Shown here one piece after another: positions 26,799 through 38,579 of a DNA stretch of 54,865 nucleotides. The position numbers and the translations under genes were made by a program. Every line of letters starts with the position of its first letter. Position 1 is the first letter of the stretch. Origin of the DNA: Nanobdellota archaeon (GTDB taxonomy: Archaea > Aenigmatarchaeota > Aenigmatarchaeia > Aenigmatarchaeales > Aenigmatarchaeaceae); contig JAHIEG010000013.1 of assembly GCA_018901655.1 (NCBI GenBank), forward strand, positions 1 to 54,865, given 5' to 3'. The notes beneath the pieces were generated by a model. That model searched no databases, was not told where the DNA came from, and was given only the letters and a program-made list of their open reading frames with translations.

Positions 26799-29161
26799 TT
26801 TGGACCAGATATCATATTAATCTTTGTATGACCATCTTTCTTCTTTTCTCGATCTAATTTATAAAGATAACCAGATACTGCGGATTCTAAAGCAGGATCA
26901 TGTGTAATTAAAAATATCTGATCTACTATGTTAGTTACTTTTTCTCTGAGAACATTTCCTAATTCTTCAATAGCTCTTGAATCTAGATTCGCAGTAGGCT
27001 CGTCTAAAACTATCCATCTAAGCTGTGGAGCCAGTATTAACGAGAATGCTATCCTTAAAACAAGACATGCTATGCTTCTTTCTCCACCTGATACTACACC
27101 ATCTGCAGCTACCCAACCAGTTGAATCTTGGAGCTGTAAAACATAATCACCACCTTCTATTCCTAATCTAGCACCGAAAAAGTCATTATAAGGATAAACA
27201 TCCTCCCATATAGCTTGCATTGCAGTATTAACCGACTTGACAAAGTTTCGTCTTAGCTCTTCTTGGGTTAATACTAAACCAGATGATAGTAGCTTTAATT
27301 GATTTTCTAAGTACTCTACCTTTTCTATTTCTGTTTTAAACTCGTATAACATCTTCTTTTTACCTTCTAAATCATCAATAAGCCTTTCCTTATCAGAAAC
27401 TGTTGTTTTAGAACTTTCTATCTTTGTCTCTAGTTCTCTTTCAAAGACTATGACAGAACTATACTCTTTATCCTTAATATCCATCAAATCTGCTGAGAAA
27501 CCCGAAATAGAGACTCTTTGTGAAGCCAATACCCTTATTTCCTCCTTCATTTGCTTTATCTTATCCTTTTTTATGTCATATTGATTACGTTTAAGTATTA
27601 ATTGTTTGATCTTCTCTTGTTCGAGCTTCTTTACATCTACATCATTTTCTAAAACACTAATATTTTTTTCCTGCATCTTTCTTTGCATAAGATATGATTT
27701 CATAGAATCTTGTAATATATTTAATTCGTGTTCAGCTTTCTTTAGTTCTGTTTTAGGATCTTTTAGATAGCTATCTTTATGTCTCATTTCTTCAAGTTCT
27801 TTAACCTGTTTTTCAAGCTTCTCCAATCCTTTCTCAGATTTGGAAATATCTACTTTTACTTTCTTAATCTCTAGTTTTAACTTATCTAAAGATCTATTCT
27901 TTTTTGAAATTAATGATGCTTTCTTTTGAGTAGAAAGTTTACTATCGCATATTGGGCAATCTCCGCTCACTCCTTTTAGGTCTTTTAATCCTTCTTCTAG
28001 TTCTGTTATTTTTAATAAACTTTTTTGTAAATCAGTATTAAGTTTTTCTAAAACCGTCTTTTCTTTTTTAAACTCAGATTCAACTTTTTTAGTTTCTAAT
28101 GAATTTATTTTCTTAACAATATCTTTCTTTTGATCTGTTAATTTCATCAATTCTGGTATTTTATCATCTTTTAACATTTTAATTTTTGCATCAGATTGGG
28201 CATGCGATTCTACTAATACTGACAATCCTTCCTTTTCCCTTCCCAACATATACTGCTTTTCAGATGTTTTAGAAATCAAATCATTTAATTTATCTTTTAA
28301 TTGTTCGGTCGTATCTTCAGCATAATTTACTAACTCTTCTTTTAAATTTTCAAGATCAGCTTCTGTCATATCAATTAAAGCATTATTGGTATTAATTTTT
28401 TCATTAATTTGAATAAGTTGTTTTTGCTGCTCTTTCATTGTTTCTATCTCTCTTCTTATTTTTATCTTTCTTACTTTTGTTCCAGAAAGTTCTTTTCTAT
28501 ACTTTTCAGTATCTTCCAAAACCTTTCTTAACTCGTCTTTCATTCTATCTAAACTTCCTAAAGGAGAATCTACTTGCATGCTCTGTATTACTTGTCTTTT
28601 ATCCTTAGTTGATGAAGAACACTTGTTAATCAAAACATTTGTTGTTGTTCTTGCACTTTCAAACTTATCTATAAACAGTAATTCATCGATTTTTTTCATC
28701 CTCTGTCCTTTTGGAATAGTTAAAAACATATCTAATTGATTTTGTTCAGAATAGATTGCTCTTGTAAAAAGTTCATAATTTATTTTTAATACTCTTTCAA
28801 TCTCAGCTGTAACTTTAGAAGGTTGTGGTGATTCAATTAATTCTCCATTTTTTCTTAACTCTGCAGTTGATCGTCCGGTTTCTATTTTTCTTTTTACTAA
28901 CCATTTATCTCCATCTACATCAAATTCCAATTCAACAAATGCTTCAGTTTTCTTAGAAGGTTTCTTCATTATAACATCTTCTAATTTTAGTTTTTTATTT
29001 TTTAGTTCTGGGAATGTTCCAAATAAAGCAAAACATATTCCAGACATAATAGAGGTTTTTCCTGTTCCCATGTTACCAATAAAACAGTTTGTTCCACTAG
29101 AAAAATTAATATCACTATCTAAATGCGATCTCCAATTTTTTAATTTTAAGTTTGTTATCAT
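26795..29161 (-). CDS. rad50: DNA double-strand break repair ATPase Rad50
   Basis: Walker A GNMGTGKTS, CPIC zinc hook, SGGE signature, LDEPT Walker B, long coiled coil. Confidence 0.95.
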   Translation of the reverse strand: MITNLKLKNWRSHLDSDINFSSGTNCFIGNMGTGKTSIMSGICFALFGTFPELKNKKLKLEDVIMKKPSKKTEAFVELEFDVDGDKWLVKRKIETGRSTAELRKNGELIESPQPSKVTAEIERVLKINYELFTRAIYSEQNQLDMFLTIPKGQRMKKIDELLFIDKFESARTTTNVLINKCSSSTKDKRQVIQSMQVDSPLGSLDRMKDELRKVLEDTEKYRKELSGTKVRKIKIRREIETMKEQQKQLIQINEKINTNNALIDMTEADLENLKEELVNYAEDTTEQLKDKLNDLISKTSEKQYMLGREKEGLSVLVESHAQSDAKIKMLKDDKIPELMKLTDQKKDIVKKINSLETKKVESEFKKEKTVLEKLNTDLQKSLLKITELEEGLKDLKGVSGDCPICDSKLSTQKKASLISKKNRSLDKLKLEIKKVKVDISKSEKGLEKLEKQVKELEEMRHKDSYLKDPKTELKKAEHELNILQDSMKSYLMQRKMQEKNISVLENDVDVKKLEQEKIKQLILKRNQYDIKKDKIKQMKEEIRVLASQRVSISGFSADLMDIKDKEYSSVIVFERELETKIESSKTTVSDKERLIDDLEGKKKMLYEFKTEIEKVEYLENQLKLLSSGLVLTQEELRRNFVKSVNTAMQAIWEDVYPYNDFFGARLGIEGGDYVLQLQDSTGWVAADGVVSGGERSIACLVLRIAFSLILAPQLRWIVLDEPTANLDSRAIEELGNVLREKVTNIVDQIFLITHDPALESAVSGYLYKLDREKKKDGHTKINMISGPN

Positions 29162-30366
29162 ATATTCACCAGTGTCTTTTGTTTACCTGTTAAAATATCA
29201 AATATCAAATCAGAATTTCCTTCAACTAATAGATCAAAAATATCATCTGTTTTAATCGTTCCTCCTAATTGTTTTAAACTCTCATTTAAAATCTTTAATC
29301 CGTGTTCTTCTGGAGACATTCTATTATCTCTTAATCTTTTGAAAATTTCTATCTGATCTTCAAAATCTTGAACTTCTAATTTTTTATTAATATATAAAAT
29401 AAATTTATCTTTAAACCTTTCTTCAACATCTCTAAAGTTTGGTGGTGGAACATCTTTAGGTAATTGTCCATTAATCTTAACTACAACAATTGGTTTTGGG
29501 CTTTGTGATGGTATTGAAGTTAAAATATTTACTATCTTATCTTTTATTCCAGCGTCAAATTCTAATTCTTCTATTATGACTTTTCTTTGGTTTTCTAAAC
29601 GAACCCGTTCAATGTTTTTACCATCGTACTTGAAAATATATTTACCTCCTGTAGCTTCTTTAGCATGTATAGAAGTAGGAATTGTAGAACCTGCTAATAA
29701 TAATTTACCTCCATGTAAATCTCTAACCTCAGTCCAGTGCATATGTCCTAGGACATAAAGATCAAACCCCTTTGGAAGATCGGTGATATCAACAGTTGGT
29801 GGATCAAGAGGTGAATAAATATAAGGATTAACTGATTGATGAAATAATAAAATATTTGTTGCTCCTTCAACTGGTTGTGGATTCCATTCATCTAATGCTT
29901 CTTTAGCATACTTCTCTGAAACTCCTGACATTCCATGAATAGCAACTTTCTCACCATTAATGTCAAACACAACTGCTCCTCTTTCTAAATGTATTAGTAG
30001 CCCAGAATGTTCTAAACTGTGTACAGGATTAATCATTGTAGTTGATCGACGTTCATGTGTTCCATGAATAGCAACCATTGGTATTCCTCTAACTGCTGAA
30101 GGTGAAATGTCTTCTATGTTTTTTCCGATAGAATTAACAAATTTTGTTTGAGATGGTATACTTTGTATTCTACTTAATATCTTTGCTGTTCTAGCAAAAA
30201 CTTCAGGTCTTGGAATTCTTGTATCAAACATATCCCCCGCATTAAGTATTAAGTCACAATCCATGGACTTCGCTAAAGCTTCTTCTAATGCAATAAATGA
30301 ATCTTCACCCCTTTCTTCACCATACTTGAAGCCACAATGAGTATCAGAAAAAATAGCTATTTTCAT
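29158..30366 (-). CDS. mre11: DNA repair nuclease Mre11
   Basis: SDTH, AGDMFD, GTHE, FHQ, GHMH metallophosphoesterase motifs; upstream of rad50. Confidence 0.93.
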   Translation of the reverse strand: MKIAIFSDTHCGFKYGEERGEDSFIALEEALAKSMDCDLILNAGDMFDTRIPRPEVFARTAKILSRIQSIPSQTKFVNSIGKNIEDISPSAVRGIPMVAIHGTHERRSTTMINPVHSLEHSGLLIHLERGAVVFDINGEKVAIHGMSGVSEKYAKEALDEWNPQPVEGATNILLFHQSVNPYIYSPLDPPTVDITDLPKGFDLYVLGHMHWTEVRDLHGGKLLLAGSTIPTSIHAKEATGGKYIFKYDGKNIERVRLENQRKVIIEELEFDAGIKDKIVNILTSIPSQSPKPIVVVKINGQLPKDVPPPNFRDVEERFKDKFILYINKKLEVQDFEDQIEIFKRLRDNRMSPEEHGLKILNESLKQLGGTIKTDDIFDLLVEGNSDLIFDILTGKQKTLVNI

Positions 30367-30405
30367 ACACAACAATTATATACTAACAACTATTAATATT
30401 TGTAT

Positions 30406-31848
30406 ATGTCAGAACAGGAAGGTATTACAATAAAGAAGGCTGAAAACTTCTCAGAATGGTATTATGAAGTTCTACAAAAAGCAGAATTAGTTGATATTAG
30501 ATTTAATGTCAAAGGCTTTGATGTGTATATGCCTACAGCAGTAAAAGTTCTAAGAGAAATGGAAAAACTGTTTATAGACGAACTAGAATCTAGAGCACAT
30601 ATGCCAGTAATGTTTCCAATCATTATTCCAGAATCAAATTTAAAGAAAGAAGAAGAACATATAAAAGGATTTTCAGTTGAAGCTTTTTGGATAACCCATG
30701 CAGGTAAATCTAAACTTGATGAAAGATTAGCATTAAGACCTACGTCTGAAACAGCTATGTATCCGCTCTATTCATTATGGTTAAGATCGCATACACAGCT
30801 TCCAATGAAGTTCTATCAACAAGGAAGAGTTTGGAGATATGAAACCAAAATGACTAGACCTTTAATAAGACCTAGAGAATTTAAATGGTTTGAAGCTCAT
30901 TGCGCACAAGCAAGTGAAAAAGAAGCATTAAAACAAGTAGCAGAAGACACTGAAATATTTGAAAAAGTTGTCAGGGATTATTTTTCTATTCCGTTTATTC
31001 ATCTACAAAAACCAAGTTGGGATAAGTTTGCTGGAGGAGAAAATACATTTGCATTTGAAACTGTTCTACCAGATGGTAAGATTTTACAAATAGGTACAAC
31101 TCATTATCTTGGTCAAAAGTTTTCTAAAGCATTTGATGTTAAATATACAGATAAAGATGGAAAGAAAAAATATGTTTATCAAACTTGTTTTGGACCAGGG
31201 GTGTCTAGAATACTTGGAGCAATGGTTTCAATACACGGAGATGATAAAGGATTAATTGTTCCACCTACAGTAGCACCTGTTCAGATTGTTATAATTCCAG
31301 TATTTACTAAAGATACAGAAGTAGTTGTTATGAAAAAAGCTGGAGAATTATTAGGATCATTGGCTGAAAAAGGATTTAGAGTTGATTTAGACGATCGAAC
31401 ACAATTCAGACCTGGATTTAAATTCCATGAAGCTGAGTTAAAAGGCGTTCCAATAAGAATTGAAATTGGACCTAGAGATGTTGAAAAAGGAGAAGTTACA
31501 ATTGTTAGAAGAGACTTTCTTGAAAGAATTAGTATTCCTCAAGAAAAGGTTGAAGAACAGGTTCTTGAAATAATGGATTCTATAGGAGCACAATTACTAA
31601 AAAGAGCTAATATTCATCTTAAAATTCAAGATGCTAAATCTATTGATGAGATTAGAAAGAAATTAAAAGATGGTGGATTTATTAGAATTGATTTTTGTAT
31701 GAACGAGAAATGTGATGATGAGTTAAAAATAAAAACAGGTACTGAGGTTAGAGGTACTTTGTTTGGAAAGAAAGAGAAAGTTGGAACCAAATGTGCTATT
31801 TGTGGAACTAAGGCTAAAGAAAAAGCTTATATTGGAATAAGCTACTGA
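30406..31848 (+). CDS. proS: prolyl-tRNA synthetase (archaeal/eukaryotic type)
   Basis: NFSEWY, LALRPTSET, RYETK, HGDDKGL, C-terminal Y. Confidence 0.97.
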   Translation: MSEQEGITIKKAENFSEWYYEVLQKAELVDIRFNVKGFDVYMPTAVKVLREMEKLFIDELESRAHMPVMFPIIIPESNLKKEEEHIKGFSVEAFWITHAGKSKLDERLALRPTSETAMYPLYSLWLRSHTQLPMKFYQQGRVWRYETKMTRPLIRPREFKWFEAHCAQASEKEALKQVAEDTEIFEKVVRDYFSIPFIHLQKPSWDKFAGGENTFAFETVLPDGKILQIGTTHYLGQKFSKAFDVKYTDKDGKKKYVYQTCFGPGVSRILGAMVSIHGDDKGLIVPPTVAPVQIVIIPVFTKDTEVVVMKKAGELLGSLAEKGFRVDLDDRTQFRPGFKFHEAELKGVPIRIEIGPRDVEKGEVTIVRRDFLERISIPQEKVEEQVLEIMDSIGAQLLKRANIHLKIQDAKSIDEIRKKLKDGGFIRIDFCMNEKCDDELKIKTGTEVRGTLFGKKEKVGTKCAICGTKAKEKAYIGISY

Positions 31849-31913
31849 ACCAATAGAAAACTTTAAATACATCTAGAACATAACTAAGATTAGACATTTA
31901 TTCTGGTGAATTA

Positions 31914-32537
31914 ATGACCGAAATACAAAACATGAAAACAGGAACAACAACTGTTGGTATCTTATGTAAAGACTCAGTAATTATTGCAGCTGAAAAGAAA
32001 GCTACAATGGGTTACTTAGTAGCATCTAAAGAAGCACAAAAAGTATACCAATTAGATGATCATATAGGAATAACTATAGCTGGTGGAGTAGCAGATGCAC
32101 AAGCAATGATTAGATTATTAAAAGCACAATTTAAGTTATACAAACTAGAAAGGGGCCCAATAACTCTAAAAGGTGCAGCAAACTTATTATCAAACATATT
32201 ACACGGAAGTAAATATTATCCATACATGAATCAGTTTATTTTAGCTGGATATGATACAAAACCTCATGCTTATTCATTTGATCCTTTAGGAGCCTTTGAT
32301 GAAGAAGGAGAATTTGTATCAACTGGATCTGGTTCACCTTTTGCATATGGGGTCTTAGAAGATAGATACAAAGCAGGATTAGGAACAGAAGAAGGAATTA
32401 AATTAGCACTAAGTGCACTAAAAGCTGCAGTTGAAAGAGATATTGCATCTGGTGGAAAAGGATTTAGAGTAGCTGTAATAGATAAAGATGGATTTAAAGA
32501 ACTGACCGAACAGGAAGTTAAAAAATATGCTGCTTAA
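31914..32537 (+). CDS. psmB: proteasome subunit beta
   Basis: Propeptide KTG/TTTVG, TGSGSPFAYGVLE, RDIASG. Confidence 0.97.
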   Translation: MTEIQNMKTGTTTVGILCKDSVIIAAEKKATMGYLVASKEAQKVYQLDDHIGITIAGGVADAQAMIRLLKAQFKLYKLERGPITLKGAANLLSNILHGSKYYPYMNQFILAGYDTKPHAYSFDPLGAFDEEGEFVSTGSGSPFAYGVLEDRYKAGLGTEEGIKLALSALKAAVERDIASGGKGFRVAVIDKDGFKELTEQEVKKYAA

Positions 32538-32574
32538 AGATAGAGTTTCTCTGTTAAATTAAGAATTGATTTTT

Positions 32575-34455
32575 ATGGTAGAAGAAAAAACTACAGATTT
32601 ATTTGCTAGAGTAAAAGATGAATTACCTAGTGATGCAAAGGTTTCAGATATAAAGTTTGAAGGTTGTGAAGTAGTTCTTTACACCAAATCAAAAGACTTT
32701 TTCTTAGAAAATAATGGAGCATTAAAAAGCATTGTTAGTAAATTAAAAAAGAGAATTATTCTAAGACCTGATCCATCTATTTGTTTAGACATGGAAAAAG
32801 CAAAAATTATAATTGAAAAATTGATTCCAAAAGAAGCTGGATTAAAAGAAGTGACATTTGAACCAGCATTTTCTAGAGTTGTTATTGAAGCAGATAAACC
32901 CGGACTAGTAATAGGAAAAGGTGGAGAGACTCTTAGAGAAATTAAAAAACAAATCCTATGGTTTCCTCAAATTAAAAGAGCACCTGCAATTCCATCTGAT
33001 GTTGTAAAAGTTTTAAGACAAATAATACACGACGAATCTGATTTTAGAAAAGATTTTTTAAACAAAGTTGGTAAAGATATACATAGTGGTTGGAAAGAAA
33101 CAAAGTGGATTAGATTAACATCACTTGGTGGATTTAGAGAAGTTGGACGTTCTTGTATTTTAATTCAAACACCAGAATCGAGAATATTATTAGACTGTGG
33201 TATTAAACCGGGTAATAATGAATTCCCTCACCTTGAAGCACCGGAGTTTGATATTAATCATTTGAATGCTGTTATACTATCACATGCACACATGGATCAT
33301 TGTGGTGCGGTTCCTTTATTATATAAAATGGGTTATAAGGGACCACTTTATTGTACAACCCCTACAAGAGATTTAATGGTTCTACTATGTATGGATTATA
33401 TAGAAATAATGCAAAGAGAAGGTGGTCTTGTTCCTTATTCAACTAAAGATATCAAAGAAGCTGTTAAACACACAATATGCATTGACTATGATGAAGTTTC
33501 AGACATTACACCTGATGTTCGTCTAACATTACTAAACTCTGGACACATTATGGGTGGATCTCTAATACACTTACATATTGGAAATGGATTACATAATATT
33601 CTTTATACCGGTGATTATAAGTTTGATCGAACTGCACTGTTTGAACCAGCTTCAACGAATTTTGCAAGAGCTGAAACAGTAATTACAGAATCAACATATG
33701 GTTCAATTGAAGATGTTCAGCCAAGAAGAGATGAAACAGAAAGTAATTTACTGGAAATTGTAAATGAGACCATAAAAAGAGGTGGAAAAGTTTTAATACC
33801 TTCATTTGCAGTTGAAAGATCACAAGACCTAATGGCAATTCTATATAATGGTAAATTCAAAGGCACTGTTTATTGCGATGGTATGATTTGGGATGCAACT
33901 GCTATTCATACAACATATCCAGAATATTTTAATAGGGATTTACAAAAACAGATTCTTCAACAAGGAGAGAATCCATTTACCGATAAAATGTTTAAAAGAA
34001 TTGGCTCAATGAAAGAGAGGGAAAAAATACTAAAAAGTGAAGAGCCATGTGTCATAATCGCAACATCTGGTATGCTTATTGCTGGACCAAGTGTTTGGTG
34101 GTTAAAAAAATTAGCTGAAGATGAAAAGAGTACATTATTATTTGTAGGATACCAAGGTGAGGGTTCTCTTGGACGAAGAATACAAAAGGGGTGGTCAGAA
34201 ATACCAATGGAAGAAGATGGTAGAACAAAATCGGTTCCAATTAAACTTGAGGTTAAAACTATCACTGGGTTATCAGGTCACTCAGATATTAAACAATTAA
34301 TGAATTATTTGAAAAGACTAAAACAGAGACCGGAAAGAATTATTGTAGACCATGGAGAAAGTAAAAAATGTGTTGAATTTGCAAGAAACATTCATAATAC
34401 ATTTAGAATCGAAACTATGGCGCCAAAAAATCTAGAAACAATTAGACTAAAATAA
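32575..34455 (+). CDS. fttA: beta-CASP ribonuclease aCPSF1 (transcription termination factor FttA)
   Basis: KH domains (KPGLVIGKGG), EVGRSC, HAHMDH, SGHSD; follows psmB. Confidence 0.96.
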   Translation: MVEEKTTDLFARVKDELPSDAKVSDIKFEGCEVVLYTKSKDFFLENNGALKSIVSKLKKRIILRPDPSICLDMEKAKIIIEKLIPKEAGLKEVTFEPAFSRVVIEADKPGLVIGKGGETLREIKKQILWFPQIKRAPAIPSDVVKVLRQIIHDESDFRKDFLNKVGKDIHSGWKETKWIRLTSLGGFREVGRSCILIQTPESRILLDCGIKPGNNEFPHLEAPEFDINHLNAVILSHAHMDHCGAVPLLYKMGYKGPLYCTTPTRDLMVLLCMDYIEIMQREGGLVPYSTKDIKEAVKHTICIDYDEVSDITPDVRLTLLNSGHIMGGSLIHLHIGNGLHNILYTGDYKFDRTALFEPASTNFARAETVITESTYGSIEDVQPRRDETESNLLEIVNETIKRGGKVLIPSFAVERSQDLMAILYNGKFKGTVYCDGMIWDATAIHTTYPEYFNRDLQKQILQQGENPFTDKMFKRIGSMKEREKILKSEEPCVIIATSGMLIAGPSVWWLKKLAEDEKSTLLFVGYQGEGSLGRRIQKGWSEIPMEEDGRTKSVPIKLEVKTITGLSGHSDIKQLMNYLKRLKQRPERIIVDHGESKKCVEFARNIHNTFRIETMAPKNLETIRLK

Positions 34456-34515
34456 CTTTAAATATATGTTCGACGATTATTATATTCTATGAAATACCAT
34501 TACAATACATATAGT

Positions 34516-35136
34516 ATGCCAAATAAGAAAATCATAACAATAGTTTCATTAATACTTGTAATTACTATCATAGGAATTGCGTTTTCAGGTGGAATAACTG
34601 GAATGGCTTCTTTAGAAAAAGAATCAGAGAAAACAAATATTGATCAAGATTTTTTAAACGAGGCAGCTCTTTATGAAAATGATGATTGTGAAATAATCGA
34701 AAAAGTTTATACAGAATTAGAACAGTATACAGAAAATGAATGTATTAAATTTCCTTATGTAGAACCGGTTTGTGAAACAGGAAACCTTAATTATACTCTA
34801 TCAAAACAATGTTACTGGTCAAATAATTTAACAACTTTAAACACAAGATGTTCTATAACAAACATTGATGGAGTTGAAGGAGACTTTGCAATAGAAATTG
34901 GTATTATAAATAAAGATGGGGTAAGAATAACTGAACAACAAAGTGTAAGTATTTATCCTCGAGTAACAGAAAATTTAAAATATTCTTATGACATTGATAT
35001 GGGGACATGTTACTGTGATGTAATAGATATTCCAAAAAGAGAAGTATGTTATGATAATATAACATACACAGAAAAATGTTATGATCTTAAGAAGTATAAA
35101 GAAGTTGAAAAGACAAATTTAATCGAAGTTTGTTAA
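34516..35136 (+). CDS. membrane-anchored Cys-rich surface protein
   Basis: N-terminal TM followed by ITGMA motif, many Cys (alternative start 34489). Confidence 0.7.
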   Translation: MPNKKIITIVSLILVITIIGIAFSGGITGMASLEKESEKTNIDQDFLNEAALYENDDCEIIEKVYTELEQYTENECIKFPYVEPVCETGNLNYTLSKQCYWSNNLTTLNTRCSITNIDGVEGDFAIEIGIINKDGVRITEQQSVSIYPRVTENLKYSYDIDMGTCYCDVIDIPKREVCYDNITYTEKCYDLKKYKEVEKTNLIEVC

Positions 35137-35257
35137 ATTTTAATTAAAATTTCTTAAAATTTTTTTCTTGAAAAAATGTATTTGTTTTATATATCAAGAA
35201 AGTTATTTTAATTTATAGAAAACGCCACCGGTGGTGTTTATAGTGGAGGAGATTATT

Positions 35258-35314
35258 TTGGCAAAAAAGAAAGCAGCAAAAAAAACAGCAACAAAAAAGA
35301 AAAAAAAGAAATGA
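35258..35314 (+). CDS. Lys-rich micropeptide MAKKKAAKKTATKKKKKK
   Basis: GGGAG SD, TTG start, TATA box at ~35185, downstream hairpin. Confidence 0.55.
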   Translation: MAKKKAAKKTATKKKKKK

Positions 35315-35354
35315 TTTAAAAACCAATTAAGACTTTTTAAGTCATCCTTATTTT

Positions 35355-35381
35355 GTGGCGTTTCTACGCCACACTTTTATT

Positions 35382-35382
<1 letters not shown>
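35355..35382 (+). terminator. GC hairpin followed by T-rich tract
   Basis: GTGGCGT-ttct-ACGCCAC then acttttattt, between convergent genes. Confidence 0.55.
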
Positions 35383-36356
<974 letters not shown>

Positions 36357-36599
36357 TTATTCCTTTGGTTCTTCCTTTTTTACTTCAATAGGAACTTCTT
36401 GTTTTGATGGTTCTTCTTTCTTTACCTGCTTTTCTGAATAACCACATTTTCCACAAGTAACTCTATCTTTATGTGCTGCTAATTTTATTCCGGGACCACA
36501 TCTTGGACAAAATCTTCCTGTAAACTTTCCATCTTTATAAAAATCATTTCGATCAGATATCTGATGCTTTTTTCCTGAAATTTCAATATAATCTGCCAT
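36357..36599 (-). CDS. rps27ae: 30S ribosomal protein eS31 (S27ae)
   Basis: [23 protein letters not shown]. Confidence 0.95.
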   Translation of the reverse strand: MADYIEISGKKHQISDRNDFYKDGKFTGRFCPRCGPGIKLAAHKDRVTCGKCGYSEKQVKKEEPSKQEVPIEVKKEEPKE

Positions 36600-36881
36600 T
36601 TACTCACCTTCTTTTTTCTCTTCTTTAGAAGCATTCTTATCTTTATACAATTCAATTTCTTTTACTTCCCAAACTTTTAACCAAACCTTACCCGAAGATT
36701 TACCATCAAAAGAAATTATCTTAGATATTTCAATTTTATTTGGTTCGGTTTTAAAATCTTTAGCAAGTAATTGTTGTAAAGCTACTTTACTTGGAGTAGG
36801 ACCATCATAAGTCATATTTAATACAATTTCCTTTCTCTTAAACAAAGGATTTGCTTTTTCACTAATTTTATCATATTGCAT
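36600..36881 (-). CDS. rps24e: 30S ribosomal protein eS24
   Basis: NPLFKRKEI, TPS; operon position. Confidence 0.9.
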   Translation of the reverse strand: MQYDKISEKANPLFKRKEIVLNMTYDGPTPSKVALQQLLAKDFKTEPNKIEISKIISFDGKSSGKVWLKVWEVKEIELYKDKNASKEEKKEGE

Positions 36882-36882
36882 T

Positions 36883-37065
36883 TTACTTCACCTTAACTGC
36901 GTATCGTCCAGGAGCTGCTATTCCAGCTACCTTAGCTATCTCTGATTCTGGATCAACTACAACTAAAATTCCTTTCCAATTCTTACTCAATTCAGTTGTT
37001 TTACAAGCTGGACATATGTTTCCTTTTACTATTCTTCTACAAAGCTTGCATGCTTTTTCTGGCAT
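36883..37065 (-). CDS. spt4: transcription elongation factor Spt4
   Basis: ACKLC, CPAC, SEIAK, PGRYAVKV. Confidence 0.95.
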   Translation of the reverse strand: MPEKACKLCRRIVKGNICPACKTTELSKNWKGILVVVDPESEIAKVAGIAAPGRYAVKVK

Positions 37066-37605
37066 TTACTCTTCCTCTTTTTTCATATCTAACCATTTCA
37101 TTGATCCTAAAAATGGTTGTCTCATTGTTAAACCAATTTTATTTTTATCTTTAAATGAGATTGAAATAATTCTTGCTCTTGCTTTATCTCCTTCTTTTAT
37201 CATTCGGTGAGACTGTTTGCCAACCAATTGGCTACTTTTTTCATCATATGAAACAAAATCATCCATAACTTGTGAGATATGAATTAGACCATCGAATCCA
37301 CCAACTCTTATAAATGCTCCAAATTCTGTTATATCTACAATTTCTCCTTCAACTATTTCATGATTTCTTGGCATCCAACTTAATAATCTAAATTTAACCG
37401 GATAATGAACAGATGGATCACCTGGTAAAATTCTACCTTCTCCAATTTCATCAATATTAACTACTGAAAGAATAACACCTAATTCATTATCTATTTTACC
37501 TTCATTTTTTTCACCAATTGATTCCATAATTGATATATTCAAATCTTTATCAAACTTTGATGGTGGTACTCCAATTTCATCTTCAACTTTTACTATTTGA
37601 TACAT
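37066..37605 (-). CDS. rpo7: RNA polymerase subunit Rpo7 (RpoE')
   Basis: EFGAFIR, DGLIHISQ, KIGLTMRQPFLG. Confidence 0.96.
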   Translation of the reverse strand: MYQIVKVEDEIGVPPSKFDKDLNISIMESIGEKNEGKIDNELGVILSVVNIDEIGEGRILPGDPSVHYPVKFRLLSWMPRNHEIVEGEIVDITEFGAFIRVGGFDGLIHISQVMDDFVSYDEKSSQLVGKQSHRMIKEGDKARARIISISFKDKNKIGLTMRQPFLGSMKWLDMKKEEE

Positions 37606-38081
37606 TATCTCTCTTCCTCCGAATATCTCTTTATTGCATGTTGTACAGTTTTCTTTGCATGCATTGAGTCAAAAACCTTTTGTGTTTTAAGATTTTTAAA
37701 GCTTTCAAAATAAGCCGTTATCATATTTAACTGGTTCATTGAAAGTTCTGAAACATCATTAATTTTTTTATCAAATGGTACTGCAATAATAATATCATCA
37801 TTAACTTTACCTGTTAATCTAATCACTCCAATAGCTTTTGTCTTAACAACTATTCCTGGTTCCAGAGGTTCTTCTGTAAGAACAATTGCATCCAATGTAC
37901 CACCGTCGTCATGAAAACTATTTGGAACAAATCCATAATTTCCTGGAAATGGCTGTTCTATTGTTTTCATCATAACCAGTGTATCTGTTTGATTTTCCTT
38001 ATCATAAAAGTTCTTTGATCCTTTTGAGACATTGATAAAGACATAAAATTCTTCACCAGATTGATCTTTATTGAAGTTCAT
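37605..38081 (-). CDS. family I inorganic pyrophosphatase homolog, probably inactive
   Basis: PGNYGFVP retained, but DGDPLD is DGGTLD and other catalytic residues are altered. Confidence 0.75.
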   Translation of the reverse strand: MNFNKDQSGEEFYVFINVSKGSKNFYDKENQTDTLVMMKTIEQPFPGNYGFVPNSFHDDGGTLDAIVLTEEPLEPGIVVKTKAIGVIRLTGKVNDDIIIAVPFDKKINDVSELSMNQLNMITAYFESFKNLKTQKVFDSMHAKKTVQHAIKRYSEEER

Positions 38082-38434
38082 ATTATCACATACTTTCTTT
38101 GTCTTATATATATAGATTTCCCACCTGCCTTTTTTACCATTTCTCTAAGTTCTCTGTCTTGGGTGGCAATAACATATCCTCTTTTACTATATATTATAAG
38201 AGATGTATCTGCTTTCTTTTCATTAGTTCTTAACACTTTTAAGCCTTTGTTATCTATCAAAAGCAAAGATAATTGCGCTGCTTTAGCATCTTTTGATCTA
38301 CCATTAGACTGTTCCTTTAATTCGTCAACAACTGTATTAATAACGTAAATATCATGTCCTCTAAGTTGTTCAAACACATCAATTTTGAACTGTGATACTG
38401 CCATTAGGAAGTTTGTATCTAAGATTACTTTCAT
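38078..38434 (-). CDS. PIN-domain protein (Utp24/Fcf1-like)
   Basis: VILDTNFL, VVDEL, AD, ATQDRELR. Confidence 0.92.
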   Translation of the reverse strand: MKVILDTNFLMAVSQFKIDVFEQLRGHDIYVINTVVDELKEQSNGRSKDAKAAQLSLLLIDNKGLKVLRTNEKKADTSLIIYSKRGYVIATQDRELREMVKKAGGKSIYIRQRKYVII

Positions 38435-38489
38435 AATAAAATATTAGTGTTATTTGTTATTAATAGCTACATTAGGTAGAAATATTTTA

Positions 38490-38555
38490 GACGCAATGGA
38501 AAAGATGGTGGACTCTGGATTAACTAGACAGATTGGTGTGTCTACACGAGAATAG
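38490..38555 (+). pseudogene. aldo/keto reductase gene remnant
   Basis: DAMEKMVDSGLTRQIGVS matches the AKR motif AMEKLVDxGLVRxIGVSN. Confidence 0.5.
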
Positions 38556-38579
38556 AATTTAAAATCATAACAAATTTAT

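Noticed and set aside
26795-30366. Mre11-Rad50 as a novel SMC-type defence system
   Set aside because: Canonical repair pair with a zinc hook; herA/nurA may simply lie elsewhere
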